A stretch of 64,000 bases of DNA, taken from NCBI RefSeq assembly GCF_009914755.1, contig NC_060934.1. One strand, written 5' to 3'. Under the pieces are notes generated by a model. It did no database searches. It was not told where the DNA came from and saw only the letters and a program-made list of their open reading frames with translations. Both the position numbers and the translations under genes were made by a program. Below, one piece after another: positions 40,048 to 53,055 of the stretch. Source of the stretch: the human T2T-CHM13v2.0 reference genome, Homo sapiens. The stretch's first letter is position 1; every line of letters begins with the position of its first letter.

Positions 40048-41229
40048 AAAAATTTTATATATAGTAATGTTCAACAAATGATAGAGAATTTTCTTATTTG
40101 CATAAAAGCTAGTGATGAGATTCCATTAGCTTGTAAACAATTAGAATATAAATTGAACTAAATACATATTTGAAACACAGAGCAGTAATGAATTTTCACC
40201 ACTATCCCATCCAATTTTCACATATCACAGATGAGAAGCTTCAAGCCCAACAACGGTGAGGTGACTTACTGAGAATCTTACATAGAGCTTAGGTAGAAAT
40301 AAAATAGAAATCTTCTTGGAAACAGTCCTATTCTCTTTTACATAGTTTTCCTCTAATGGGTTTGGGGGTCTGGTCCAGAATACACAAAGCTGTCTAGACA
40401 CAGGTAGCAAAGCCGTGATAATGGAATAAATGGCATGGGATTGACATTGCATAATAACAGGCCAGCCCTGAGGGAGGTCACAAAGCAGCACTGTTTCTGA
40501 AACTGCTATTTACTTTTTGATGTCCTTTCACACACAAAAAAAAAAAGACAGAAAGAAAGAAGAGTTCAAGTTAGTTGTAGGGGAGAGGAGGAAAGTAATT
40601 TTCTGTGGAGAGAAACAAAGCTGTGACTGAGAAAGGAGGTTCTACAAGACATTTGTGGGTGTTGTGGATTACGACCAGGGTAGGATTTAAGACCATCTAT
40701 CATCCAAAAGCACTTTCAAATGTATTGGGGTAGGGGGAAGCAAAAGAGCCCAAGAAGAGATTAGTCACTATAGAGACATCATGGGTTATCATTGAGACTT
40801 GATGAGGTTTATATTAAATAATATTGTTAAAGGCTTGATGTGACATCAAGTAATGATGTAATATAGTAATTATAAAGTGATTATAATTAAATTTCTGCAA
40901 TGAGCTTTATAGGCAAAAAGAAGATGAAGGAAATAAGATGCAAATTTCAGCAGTGAAAATGTTGTCTATGGAATAATTAATCAAAAAGATTTAAAATGAT
41001 GGACATCAAAGAAAATCTCTGCACTGCTACCTTTCATTACAGGAAGAAAGAAGAGCTTCTAACATACAGCTATAAAGCAAGTGCTTCCACCCTCAGCACA
41101 GATAATTATTTATAAAAAATAATAAACACAGTTAAAATCACACCTGTCCCTATCACAGCATTATGTAACACTCTAGAATCCTGAGCTTCCTGTTGACATA
41201 GTTTGAGTTATTCTTATTAATTTCCCTAA

Positions 41230-41463
41230 TTTATTGAACATTACTCTGTGTTCTTTATACACATCAGCTTATCAAACTCAGTCCTCGCAAGAACTCTGTA
41301 GGGTAGTTGTTATTTCTACCAATTTGAAGATGAGGAAACTGAGTCTCACGGAGGTGCAGTGATTGCCCAGAGTTTCACAGGAGAAAGTGGTGGACTCAGG
41401 ATTTGAACCTTGGTCACCTGGAGGCCAAACACTTTGGTTTTTCTACCATCTCCTGCTGCCTCT
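41230..41463 (-). mobile_element. MIRb SINE
   Basis: 'agatgaggaaactgagtctc...tgcccagagtttcacag...ggatttgaacc'. Confidence 0.8.
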
Positions 41464-43214
41464 TATTAGGCCACTTGATTCTCTGCAAAGCATCAGTACT
41501 CCTGCTTCTTAGATTCTAGATTCTTCCTCTGGGATCCTCAAACATGTCCACCTTGCACACATGGCCTCTGAGCTGGAGCCTTGCAAAATGAGCAAAATAT
41601 AATACTGGGTGAGAATGAAAGGCAGAATGACTGAGGATTAAAGAATCTGCAGAACCAGCTGACTGACTTTGCCTGTATGTTGATTATTTCGATTCACCTC
41701 TTTTGCTATCCATAGGCATAAATTGCACAAACCTGTACAGCTGACTGATTCTGGTCCTAGCCCTTAACTTCTGATGATGTCCTTTAAAAAAAAAAAGCCA
41801 GTTTCACTACAGTTGCATCTGCTCATCCTTTAAGCTCTTTAAATGAACTCCATGTTTATTCCTTGGCTCTTAACATGGAAAAAAAAATTTTCATTTTTTT
41901 CCATGTTATTAATGCTGTTTTTAAAGAGTCACCTGTGCTTTTCCTTTATGTCTTTGACATGAGGAAAGTCTGTAACATTAGAGGACAAAGCCAATAAAAG
42001 AAACCCTGCCGTTGTTACTTTCTTAGCACCCTCAGATGCCTGTTGATATTCACATTCAGATAGGAGAGAACAGGAGGAAGCCACTTTTAATCGAAGCCCA
42101 CATGCACAAGCACACATGCAGAACAAAAAAGCTGGAGGTGGGGAAAGACACCATATTGGGACGTGTCAGGGACTGGATTCATCCTTGAAACTGCACCAAG
42201 TGGAGAGCTTGGGTGGTAGCTACAGCTGTCTTATATCTTAAATGTTGAGATAGAGCCATGTCAAGCAAATGATTAAATAAATAAAGGACAGTTGCTTTTC
42301 TTGAGTGATACTGATCTTAGAGTCAGCCTCAGGTCAATAGCTATTTTTCTTCCCAGAGCAGGACACTTAGAGACACCAAATAAAAAAAAATAGAGAGAAA
42401 AACAGACATCAGATAGTCTATTAGTGAAATATATAAAACCCAGGACATTTCAAAGAGTAAGTTGTAATAACATTTCCAAAATTGATTGAATCAACCTTTA
42501 GATCCAGAGAAATGAAGTAAACAAATTTGAAAGCAAGTGAGAAAATGACATAACCAAGGTCTTTAGAATTTCTTTACTTGGCAGGTGTCATAGTGAATGT
42601 TTGCAGATGCTTTGACAACTGGATACAATTCTCAGAAGATTTAGATTTCTTAATTAAAAAAATTATCTCAACTTGTTAGGAAGAAAACACTGCCTTAATT
42701 AATATTAAGGGGAGAAAATTCCCAATTTCTACAGAATTTCCAAGAGCTTTTAGTGATAACTCTTATTAACATTCAGGTAAATTGTAGAGATACACATACA
42801 TTTCCATCACTGCTGACACTGTATGTTGGTGAAACTATCTCCATTTTTTCATCCATTTCCCCCTTACCTCTTCTTATTGTAGAGTCTGTAGAAGGTAAAA
42901 TATCCAATTTCTAAGCTCTTTTGTACTTAGAAATAGGCCATAAGACACAGTGCTGGCCAAAAGCATAAACATAGACAGTTGCTGTTTCCACATCTGTCCC
43001 ATTATCTCCCTTCCTGCCAGAATACAGACTGGAGGACTGGAGCACAGAAGCCTTTGTCAAATGGTGAGGTGACAGTCGTGTAGAAACATGTACCAAGGGA
43101 GGCAGGAGGAAAGAGATCAGGGGCCTGCATAGCACATGTTATCACATGGAAGTTGCACAGCTCGGGATTCCCTAGATCTGGATTCCATTAATGTGAGGAA
43201 ATATGAGTTATGGA

Positions 43215-44115
43215 CTAATATGGAATGTATGCTAACATGGACATGCACTCACATGGATGTGCACACATGTGCTGGCATGGGGTATGCTGTATGTGGGACA
43301 GGTACTAACCTGGGGCATGCACTAATATGGGGCATGCATTACATGGGATATGCCCTAGCAGGGGGTGGGCGTTAACATGTGTTGTATGCTAACACGGTAC
43401 ATGTGCTTATATTGGGTGTTTGTCAAAATGGGATATACACTGGCATGGCACATGTGCAAATATGGAGTGTGTGTGAACACAGGAGATTGGCTAAAATGGG
43501 ATGTGCGTTAACAAGAACATGCAATGATATGGGACATGCTCTAACATGGGATACACACTAACCTAAGCTGTGCATTAACTTGGGATATGCCTACTATGTG
43601 CTAGGCACCATTCTCGGTACTGTTTATATCTACTGTCCTGTTTACTTCTACAATTGTCTCTTTCAAATCTCATATAATTTACCTCACTTCCAACCAGCTT
43701 TATGATATCATTGAATAGTACTTAAATAATAAAAAGAGGAGATTATATTTTTCCGGGTGTTTGAGTTTTAAAAATCTTTCAGTGGAGCATGGCATGATAT
43801 GTTTCTTGCTTTAATCATCTTTATTCTAAAAATAAAATGGGAAATAAGACCCACGTATACTACCAAGTGTGTATCTAAAATTATTTCTTACATTTATTAA
43901 GTAAGTAATATGCATTAATATGGGGTGTGCATTAACTTGGGAGATGGCTAATGCGGTATCTGTACGATTGTGGACACGTGCTAACTTGAGATGTTAACTG
44001 GCTAAAACGGAATGCCAGTTAACTTGGGATGAGCTGACCTGGGTCATGAACTGATATCAGGCGGGTGCTAACATGAGAAGTGTGCTCATGTGCATACATG
44101 CTAATATGGGTTCTG
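43215..44115. repeat. Degenerate 17-bp-period tandem array (consensus ~CTAACATGGGRYRTGYR), split by an insert at 43590-43904
   Basis: Units such as ctaatatggggcatgca, ctaacatgggatacaca, ctaaaatgggatgtgcg; about 23 units left and 13 right of the insert. Confidence 0.85.
43590..43904 (+). repeat. 315-bp derived copy of 45568-45881
   Basis: About 90% identical by eye, same orientation, about 1978 bp apart. Confidence 0.95.
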
Positions 44116-45567
44116 TGTTCAACCTGCCTTAAGTATGCCTGAGAGAAAAATCCAGAAAAAAAAATCAAAACTCCTGATTACTGAAGGAGATTCCACGTGA
44201 CTAAAATAACCTTCTGAGAACAGAAAAATAAATATTCAGGAACAAGGGGCACTATAATTTTCCTCATACAACAAGAAAGCATGAGAGAATGCTAAGGGAG
44301 TTCTGAGAAGGCTGCAGACTCTGTCAGTGGATGAGCTTCAGTTGTGTGGAGCAGAGGTGAGAGAGCTTTTCTTTTGTTAAACCTCGTAAATGAGCGCATT
44401 TTTCATTCCACTCTTATTAGGTAGGTCAGCAGCCTCTGGAGTACGGAGTCGCCATATAGCTCCAATTCCTAGCACACACAGTGCCTTGCATAAAATCAGC
44501 ACTTCATCTGTTGTTAACTTTGATGCAAATGGCATAGATTCGTTAGATTATTTTGACTCATCCAGAAAGATACATGAGAATAGTTTAAACAGGCAAAAGT
44601 TAACTAAGTATTTGTTACATACGTCATATAAAAATAATCAATAATGAGAAATATATCTTTTATTTGGACTACAATAAGCCTAATGAAAATATAATGTGTG
44701 TGAGTAAACATAATTTTATTCTTCAACCAGGCTGCTGACTAGAGAAGTCTGGCTTTTACATCTCCTCTCCTTTTCGGCCTCAGATATTAACAATTTTGTA
44801 AAAGGGAACTAGATTAATAATTTAACAAAGATGAGCTGAATATTTTCTTCTATTATTTTGCCAGATAAGCAACCATGCTGTCTTACTTTAAAATCAATCT
44901 TAACTACATTTTCTATTATGTACTTTCTGTTGTTCTAAACAAGACTAATTTATTTTATGCAAGTCACTGAGCAACTACCACTAAAATAAAATTGAATCTG
45001 AACCTCTCTTAAGAAACCGCTTTTTGTTCTAAATTTTTAAAAAATCAAGTCTTGTGAAATTCCATTTAAAATTATTTTTCACTCGAAGAGATTTAGGCTC
45101 TTATAAAAACCATTCATTTCTGAAACATTGAAGAGAGATTTTTTTCTAAAATAATTTTGTAATGTTAAAAAATCTACTAAGCATTTTGAAAATAGGAAAG
45201 TGCTTCTCTGACCTCATGAATATCCTCTCTATAAAACAGGCAATAATTAATATTTTGAAGAATTTCCTAATGATTATTTGTTCAAAATCTTACCTAAAAT
45301 GAAACAAGCTACTGGGAATATTTTTAATATTATTTATAAAAATTAGCATGTTAGTATATGATTCAAATGCTGGATTTTTTTCTCCTGTATGTTCTTCAGA
45401 GTGAATGATATTTTCAGATGTTATAACTTAAATAAAATTTCAAGACATTGACATTTGGTCAATGACCAATAAAATTTTATACTATAGTAAATGTTCATAT
45501 ACTCTCAAATAGTTTAATACACAGCCATTGCCATTTATTTAATAATCTATCAAATATTTAGTTAGCA

Positions 45568-45881
45568 CCTACTTTGTGCTAGGCATCATTCTCAGTACTG
45601 TTTATATCTACTGTCCTGTTTACTTCTACAATCGTCCCTTTCAAATCTTGTATAATTTGCCTCACTTCCAACTAGCTTTATGATATAATTGAATAATTCT
45701 TAAATAATATAAAGAGGATATTATATTTTTCTGAATGTTTGAGTTTTGAAAATCCTTTAGTTGAGCATGGCATGATATGTTTCCTGGTTTAACCATATTT
45801 ATTCTAAAAATAAAATGGGAAATAAGACCCATGTATACTACAAAGTATATATCTAAAATTATTTCTTACTTTTTTAAGTAA
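45568..45881 (+). repeat. Probable donor copy of the 315-bp duplication
   Basis: Its start lies inside an L2/MIR-like antisense end ('caaatatttagttagcacctactttgtgctaggca') that is cut off in the other copy. Confidence 0.9.
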
Positions 45882-46200
45882 ACAAGTATTTTAAAGAAAA
45901 TAAAATAGGATCATGCTCTGGTCCTATCTGTACTGGATTTATTCAGTTAGTGTCTAATACATTTTCACAGGAAGAGGTACAGGAAGTTCATCATGACTTT
46001 GTCTTCACACTTTCAATTTGGAGCCCACAATTATGTCTCATAATTTTTCTTTGTAACATTCACCAAAACCTTTGAGGATGTGGTGGTAGAAGCTTTCAGA
46101 CCCACTGGCTTTGGCCCTCATTAGTTTCTCCTACAGAATGTATTTTTCTTTTCTCCCTTCAATGCAGTTAGTGTCAACACTACAGCAACCTTCCTTATGC

Positions 46201-46203
<3 letters not shown>

Positions 46204-46240
<37 letters not shown>

Positions 46241-46255
46241 TGTGTGTGTGTGTGT
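46204..46255. repeat. (TG)n microsatellite
   Basis: About 26 units with one interruption. Confidence 0.97.
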
Positions 46256-49200
46256 TGAGTTATAGGGAAGATTAAGAGCACAGTTATGGAATAACAAAAT
46301 AAGCCACTGTCTGAATCCTGATTCAATTCCTTCCTGGATATAATTTATAAATTTCCTGGGCCTGATTTTTCAAGAGTTCAAGCATTGCACCCAAGAGCTT
46401 TTAATAAATGGCAGATGTGTTTATTCTTGAGTGTTAAACTATCTGTAATCTCACTTTTGTAGCTGGTTGATTGAGTGTGGGTGGGACAGATGGGGTGGTT
46501 CCCATAAATACAGTATAGATATAATAAATACTAGTTGAACTGAATGACTTCACTCAATATTCTGTGTAAAGAACCCTCAGCACACTCAGTATCAGAAAGA
46601 AGCTCACTCTTTACCCAATTGCTGATAAATGTATAAAATATGCGCCCATCCAACATTGACACTTCACTTTTCATAATTTTTCCTGGGAAAGACACTCGAA
46701 CCATTTGAATAATTGCCAAATGATTTCTACATCTGGACCTAATTTTCCATAGTTCACTAATGATAGCAGAAGAATCATGTCAGTTAAAAAAAGTTAATAT
46801 TTATAACAGCTAGTTCAGCAAAATTGGGAAAATTGTTTGGACACCTTATTTAAAAAAAAAAACTGTGGAAGGACATTTACTTTCATTCCATGCCTTTATA
46901 AACTTGCTCTTCTTAACATCTTAAAAAAAAATATTGCCAAGTTCCAACTTGGCCTTAAGATTGAATCAAATTAGTCTGTCATAATTAATTAAGAGAGAAG
47001 ACATTTTGAAATACACTGTTTGTTTTTCAGCCTCAGTCTGACATGTCGATGAAAGCAATTAGCAATAAGTTCTGCTACCAAGAAAGCAGCCTAGCCCAGG
47101 GGACACAATGCATTTGTGGACAGCAATTCAGTAATGAATGTTACTCTAATTTCCATTTAACTATGCTATGTTCTCAGAAATAAAATATACTTTTAAATTT
47201 TATTTCAATAATTAAACTCCTTTTCTCTCTCTGTAATTTTAGTATGAAAGTAATAATCTAGAGCAATATATTCAACTTGGTGAGCCAGAGCTGATGAGTA
47301 GATCCCAGTAGATCACAGAGGTCAGCTAGTGTGAGACAAACACCACCTCCAACAAATTAAGCAAATTAATTTTTTCTCTACTGAACAAAATATTAACTAG
47401 TGATAACTAAAATGCCATTTTTAAATTCCCCCAATTCTCTCAAGTAGTACTGAAGCTGCTTACGAGATCTGAGGAACATACTTGTTTATCACAGGAAACT
47501 AGGAAAGGTAATTGCCATCTTTTAGCTAATTACAATACTTTTTGAAAGCAATGACTTGAGGCCAGGCAGGTAACTAAAGCAATACAAAGGCCATAATTAA
47601 GATATGTGACTATTATTGCTTAGTTATGTTCTCTAGATCTTTGAGTGCTTCAGATGAAAGACAGGAAGAAGTAAGTGTGCTTCCCGATTTATCTGCATTT
47701 ACATTCACCTCAGCCCATCCAATGGACGAAGGACAGGCTTTATAACTCAGATGCCTTGGGTATTACTAGCCTTGGTTTTAAACATTATTTGTAATAAAGT
47801 ATGTTTACATCCCTTAGCCCTAAGACATAGTGTTTCCTGTTTGACCTCACCAAGTGCTCAAATTTTCCTTAATTTTAGGTTTACCTTAACCAAAATTGTG
47901 ATTTTTTTTTTTTTACAGTTGCAAAGTAAATAAATTTTGGCTTATGCTTCAAAATATAAATAGTTATTCCATGTACTTTTCACAGTTAAATTTTATTTAT
48001 TGTATCTAAAATTTCCCCCAACTGTTAGAAATTAGGGAGAATGTATCACCTCACTTCTAGTGTGGTTGTGAACTAAAACATGGTGCAAGAGGCAGAGGGT
48101 GAAAATTCTCACCAAGTATACATTGGACTTGAATCAGAAAGATGTTAGCTGTATTTAGCAGAATACCTCAATTAAAACAACTTAGAATATGCTTGTTTCT
48201 TTTGTCACTAAGCAAGATATAGAGGGTCCCAGGGTCTATTCATTAAACATAACAATGACACCATCAATGATCCAAGTGCTTCCATCATTCTCCTTAGCTG
48301 TGTCCAGCTTGCTGGCCTCAATACTCAGGTCTATGCTCTCTAGATCACAAGCTGGCTGCCACTACCACAGATAACATGCTCACCGATGTCCACATCCAAA
48401 GACAGGAAGAAGAGTATGTTCGCTACATCTCTTTTGTAAGTCCCCTGCTTATCTCTCCCATCTTACCTCCCTCCACACTTGATTTCTCTTGGTGCACATT
48501 CTTTTGCCTCTTTGAGGTCCCATTGGTCTGTTAGGTCCCAGCTAATCCCAAAGTAGGCTGTAAATTAAGTACTTTATTTGAAATTTTCAGCCTTTGTAAG
48601 TAATAATGGGAGCACACAGAGAGACAAAAGGTAATAAACCACATTAGTACAAGTGATACAATCTCTGAGTCTTAAACATACAAACTCCAGCAGTATATAC
48701 AGAGGATCCTGTCCTTATGTTGAAGTGGGAGGAGTGGGAAGAAAAGAGAAAAATTTGAAATGGGAAAGACAGGGAAGGACCCTTAAACAGGCTTTTCTCA
48801 TATCTAAAATTTATCAGGGGATATGAGTCAGAGAAAATTAATCAATGTCCAAACCTAAGAATTTTATTTGTTTGAGAAATCATATAAGATGTCCTTCACT
48901 GAACGATGCTTCACAATGCAGTTCAGAAACTGCATGGTTACTTGGCAGACAAGTGTCTCAGGAACCCGCATGCTTATATTGTGGGTGTCACACATAGGAC
49001 ATCCAAAAAGAGGCTTTGAGTTTTGGCATTTAAATGGTCAGAATATGGGAAGGAAAATTGTAGCCTTCAGAAACAGATGTGACTTTTGAAAGATTGCCAC
49101 TTATTTCCTTCAAATTCAGAAGTTTTGTTTTCAAAAATTTATGGTTTCATCCCAATTACTGCATATCTATCTTTAAAATGTTTTTGCTTACACTAAGATT

Positions 49201-49389
49201 TGGGAGGCATCTTAGAATTTGAGAGCTGTTCTTTTCTGGGGATTACTCGTAGTTATTTTTACATAAGAATTCACAGAATCATAGAATATCAGTTAGAAGA
49301 GAAAGTAGAATTTAAACCCAACACCTCCATTTCCCAGAAGAGGACATGTAAGCCCAGAGAAATGCAGTGACTTGCTGTATGTTATCTGA

Positions 49390-51938
49390 GGATCATTCAC
49401 TATGATCAGGTGGAAGTCATCCCAGGAATGCAAAGATGGCTCAACATACACACATACATAAATATGATACACCACATCAACAGAAAGAAAGATGAAAAAC
49501 ATGATTATTGCAATAGATGCAGAAAAAGCATTTGACAAAATGCAATATCCCCTCCTGATAAAAATTCACTACAAATTAAGAGTAGAATGCATGTACTTCA
49601 ACACAATAAAGTCTGTATACGAAAAAACCACAGCTCACGTTATACTTAATGTGAAAAAGCTGAGCGTTTTTCCTCTAAGATCAGGAGCAAGACAAGGATG
49701 CTCACTTTCACCATGTCTAGTACACATAATACTGGAAGCCCTAGCCAGAACAATTAAGCAAGATAAAGAAATAAAAACCCTCCAAATTGAACAGGAAAAA
49801 CATAAATTGTCCCTGTTTGTAGATGACAGGGTGGATAGATGTCTCCGTCTTATATAGAGAAAACCCTAAATATTCCACTAAAAACTGGTAGAACTAAGAA
49901 ATTCAGCCAATTTGCAAGATTCAAAATCAACATACAAAAAATCAGTATATCTGTACATTAATATTAAATTATCTGAAAAACATTAAGAAATCAATTCTTA
50001 ATTGCTAACACCTAGGAATAAACTTAAGCAAAGAGGTGAAATATCTCTAAGCTGAAAACCACTGATGAAAAACATTGATGAAAGAAGTTAGAGAGAACAT
50101 AAATAAATGAAAAGACAGCCCATTAGAAAACATGTTCATGGATTAAAAAATTTAATTTTGTTAAAGTGGCCATACTACCAAAAGCTATCTACAGATTTAG
50201 TACAATTCTTATCAAAATACCAATGACATTCTTCAAAGAAATAGAAAAAAAGATTCTAAAATTATATGGAACCACAACAGACTCCTAATAGCCAAAACAA
50301 TGCTGAGCAAAAAGAAAAAATCTGGAGGCATTACACTACCAAATTTCAAATGTACTACTGAAACAGCATGGTACTAACACAAAAACAGAGAAATAGACAA
50401 ATGGAGCAGTACAGAGAGCACCAGTGCAAAATTCATACCTTTACAACTAACTGATTTTGCATGAAGGAGCCAAAAGCATACATTGGGGAAAAGATGTTCC
50501 TTCAATAAATTGTGCTTGGAAAATTGGATATCCATTGTGCAGAAGAATGAGTCTAGATCCCTATCTCTCATGATATACAAAAATCAACTCAAAATAAATT
50601 GAAGACTCAAATGTAAAACCCTAAATCACAAGAGTACTACAAGAGAACAAGGGAATGTGTCATGACATTGGGCTGAACAAGCATTTTTAAAATAAGACCT
50701 CAAAAATGCAGGCATCAAAAGCAAAAATAGACAAAAGGGATTACATCAAACTACAAAATATTTGCATAACAAAGGAAACCATTAATATAATGAAGAGACA
50801 ACCTACAGAACAGGAGAATTTAGTTGTAAGCATCTGACAAAGGGTTAGCATTCAGAACATATAAGGAGCTTAAACAACTCAGCCAAAAAAAAAACCCCAA
50901 AAAACTAAAAAACAAATAACCACATTAAAAAATGTCCAGAAGACCTGAATAGACATTTCTCAAAAGAAGACATACAAATAGCCAATAGTTATAGGAAAAA
51001 ATGCTCCACATCACTAACTATCAAAGAAATGTACATCAAAATCACATTGAGATATGACCTCATTACAGATAAAACGGCTATTACCAAAAAGAGAAAGAAA
51101 ACAATTGTTGGCAAGGATGTGGAGAAAAAGAGAATACTTGCAAACTGTTGAATGTAAATTAGTACAGCCATTACGAATACAAGTATGAGAGTTTCTCCAA
51201 AAATTAAAAATAGAATTGCCATATGATACAGCTAACCCTTCCTTTGGTATATATCCAAAGGAAGTAAAATCAGTGTGTGAAAGAGATATCTGCATTCCTA
51301 TGTTTATTGCAGCATTACTTACAATAGCCAAGGTATGGAATCAACCTAAGTGTCTAACAATGAATGAATAGATTAAAAAATATGGTATGTATACACAATA
51401 GAATACGAGTCAGTCATAAAAATTATGAAATCCTGTCATTTGCAACAACATGCATGGACCCGGAGGACATCACGTTAAGCGAAATCACCAGATACAGATA
51501 GAAAAATATCACATGATCTCACTCATGTGTAGAACCTGCCAAAAACAAAGAGTTTATATAACAGAATCTGAGAGTAGAATAGTAGTTACCAGAGACTGAG
51601 AGGGTATGGAAAAGGGGAGAATGGGGACAGATTGGCCAAATAGGTACACAGTTACAATTGTATAGAAGTAAGTTTTTGTGCTCTGTTGTACAGTAGAATC
51701 ACTATAGTTAACAGTAAGATATTTATATTACAAAATAGCTAGAAGTGAGGCTTTTGAATGTTCTCACCGCAAAGAAGGATAAATGCATGAAGGTGATGGA
51801 TATGCTAACTCTCCTGATTTGTTCATGTGATTATATAACATATATATGTACCAAAACACCAAATTGTATCTTATAAATGTGTAGAATTCCAATGAGTCAG
51901 TTAAAAATATTTTTTTAAAGTTTAAAAAGAAAAGAAAG
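49390..51938 (+). mobile_element. Old L1 (L1MA4-like), ORF2 RT/C-terminal part plus 3' UTR, disrupted
   Basis: ORF 49492-49857 contains IDAEKAFDK...FPLRSGARQGC.LSP (L1 RT motifs); many stops and frameshifts; L1MA-type 3' UTR 'ggtgatggatatgctaa'. Confidence 0.92.
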
Positions 51939-52869
51939 CTGGCTCCTTCCGTCATTAGTTTTACAGTTAAATTCATGCCACAAGGAAATAAACACTGGAT
52001 TGGAAGATGCAGCACCTGTTCTCAGGGTGAATATATTCCATCTGAAGATATACAATTACACATGAAACAGTTTAATCATGAGTCACATAAGATGCTCAGC
52101 ACAGTAATTCAGAGAAGGATTATTGGCAAAAGAGGTGAGGCATCTGCTTCTGGGAGGTTTCTGTGAGAAGAGAACATAAGAAATACAAAATATAAGGGTA
52201 TTCTATCTGGAAATCATAGGCATTTTGAAGATTTATTTTTGTCTGCAATAAACTTTTGATTTATTATTATTTCCACAGGTAAAGTATATAACAAATAATT
52301 TAATGGATTCACATATACCTACCTCCCAGATACAGAAATAGGACATTACTAATAGATTTTAAGCCATTTATAAGCTTTCTCCAAATTTCATGTGATTATT
52401 TTTAATATATAGTTCTAACCGTCTAATATACTGGAAGTTAATTGGAGATAAGTGTCATCAAAGGCAAGATTTCACAATTGCTTTTCATATGTGAATGACC
52501 AATCACTCATGAAGCATGTTGTAGTACAGCAAAGGAACCACACATGAGCAAAAATTATGACTTTTGTCTGATTTTCAGTACAATGCTAAAGTTCCAGTTA
52601 AGCAGTGGTTTCTTAGCTTAATAATAGGCAATGTAAGTGCACTTTTCCCAGATAAAAAAAAATTCCTCAGAAGATTTCACCTGTGAATAAATGGGATGGC
52701 TTATTCAGAGGGACCAATGATAATTGGGTGGTAAGAATTTAAACTCAGTCCTCCTGGCTCCAGATACAGGGCTGTTTCTTTATCCATCACCATCTATTTC
52801 AAAGATATTTCAAAAGCTTACGCTCTAAAGGTCATCCTAGACTGGTTTCTAATACTGATTTTATTGCAC

Positions 52870-53055
52870 ATATTTGTTCTTGAGCAAACTAGGTAACCTA
52901 TATATGCCTCAATTTGTTTACATGAAAAATAGAGATAATAGTATTATACATCTTTGTTATGGAGTTGCTCTAAATATTAAATGAAATAATGGTTGTTTAA
53001 TGCTTAGCTCAGTGTCTGACATCAGTATATGCTCAGCAAATGATAGCTATTATTA
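52870..53055 (+). mobile_element. MIR SINE
   Basis: 'tgcctcaatttg...gaaaaatagagataatagta...taaatgaaataat...tgcttagctcagtgtctgaca'. Confidence 0.65.

Noticed and set aside
43215-44115. CRISPR-like or repetitive-protein reading of the 17-bp array (ORFs 43136-43375 and 43379-43561)
   Set aside because: No constant repeat with unique spacers, no cas genes, human context; a 17-bp period is not a codon multiple and the frames are short.
49492-49857. 121-aa reverse transcriptase-like ORF
   Set aside because: Decayed L1MA ORF2 piece; the catalytic FADD motif reads FVDD and the frame breaks right after it.
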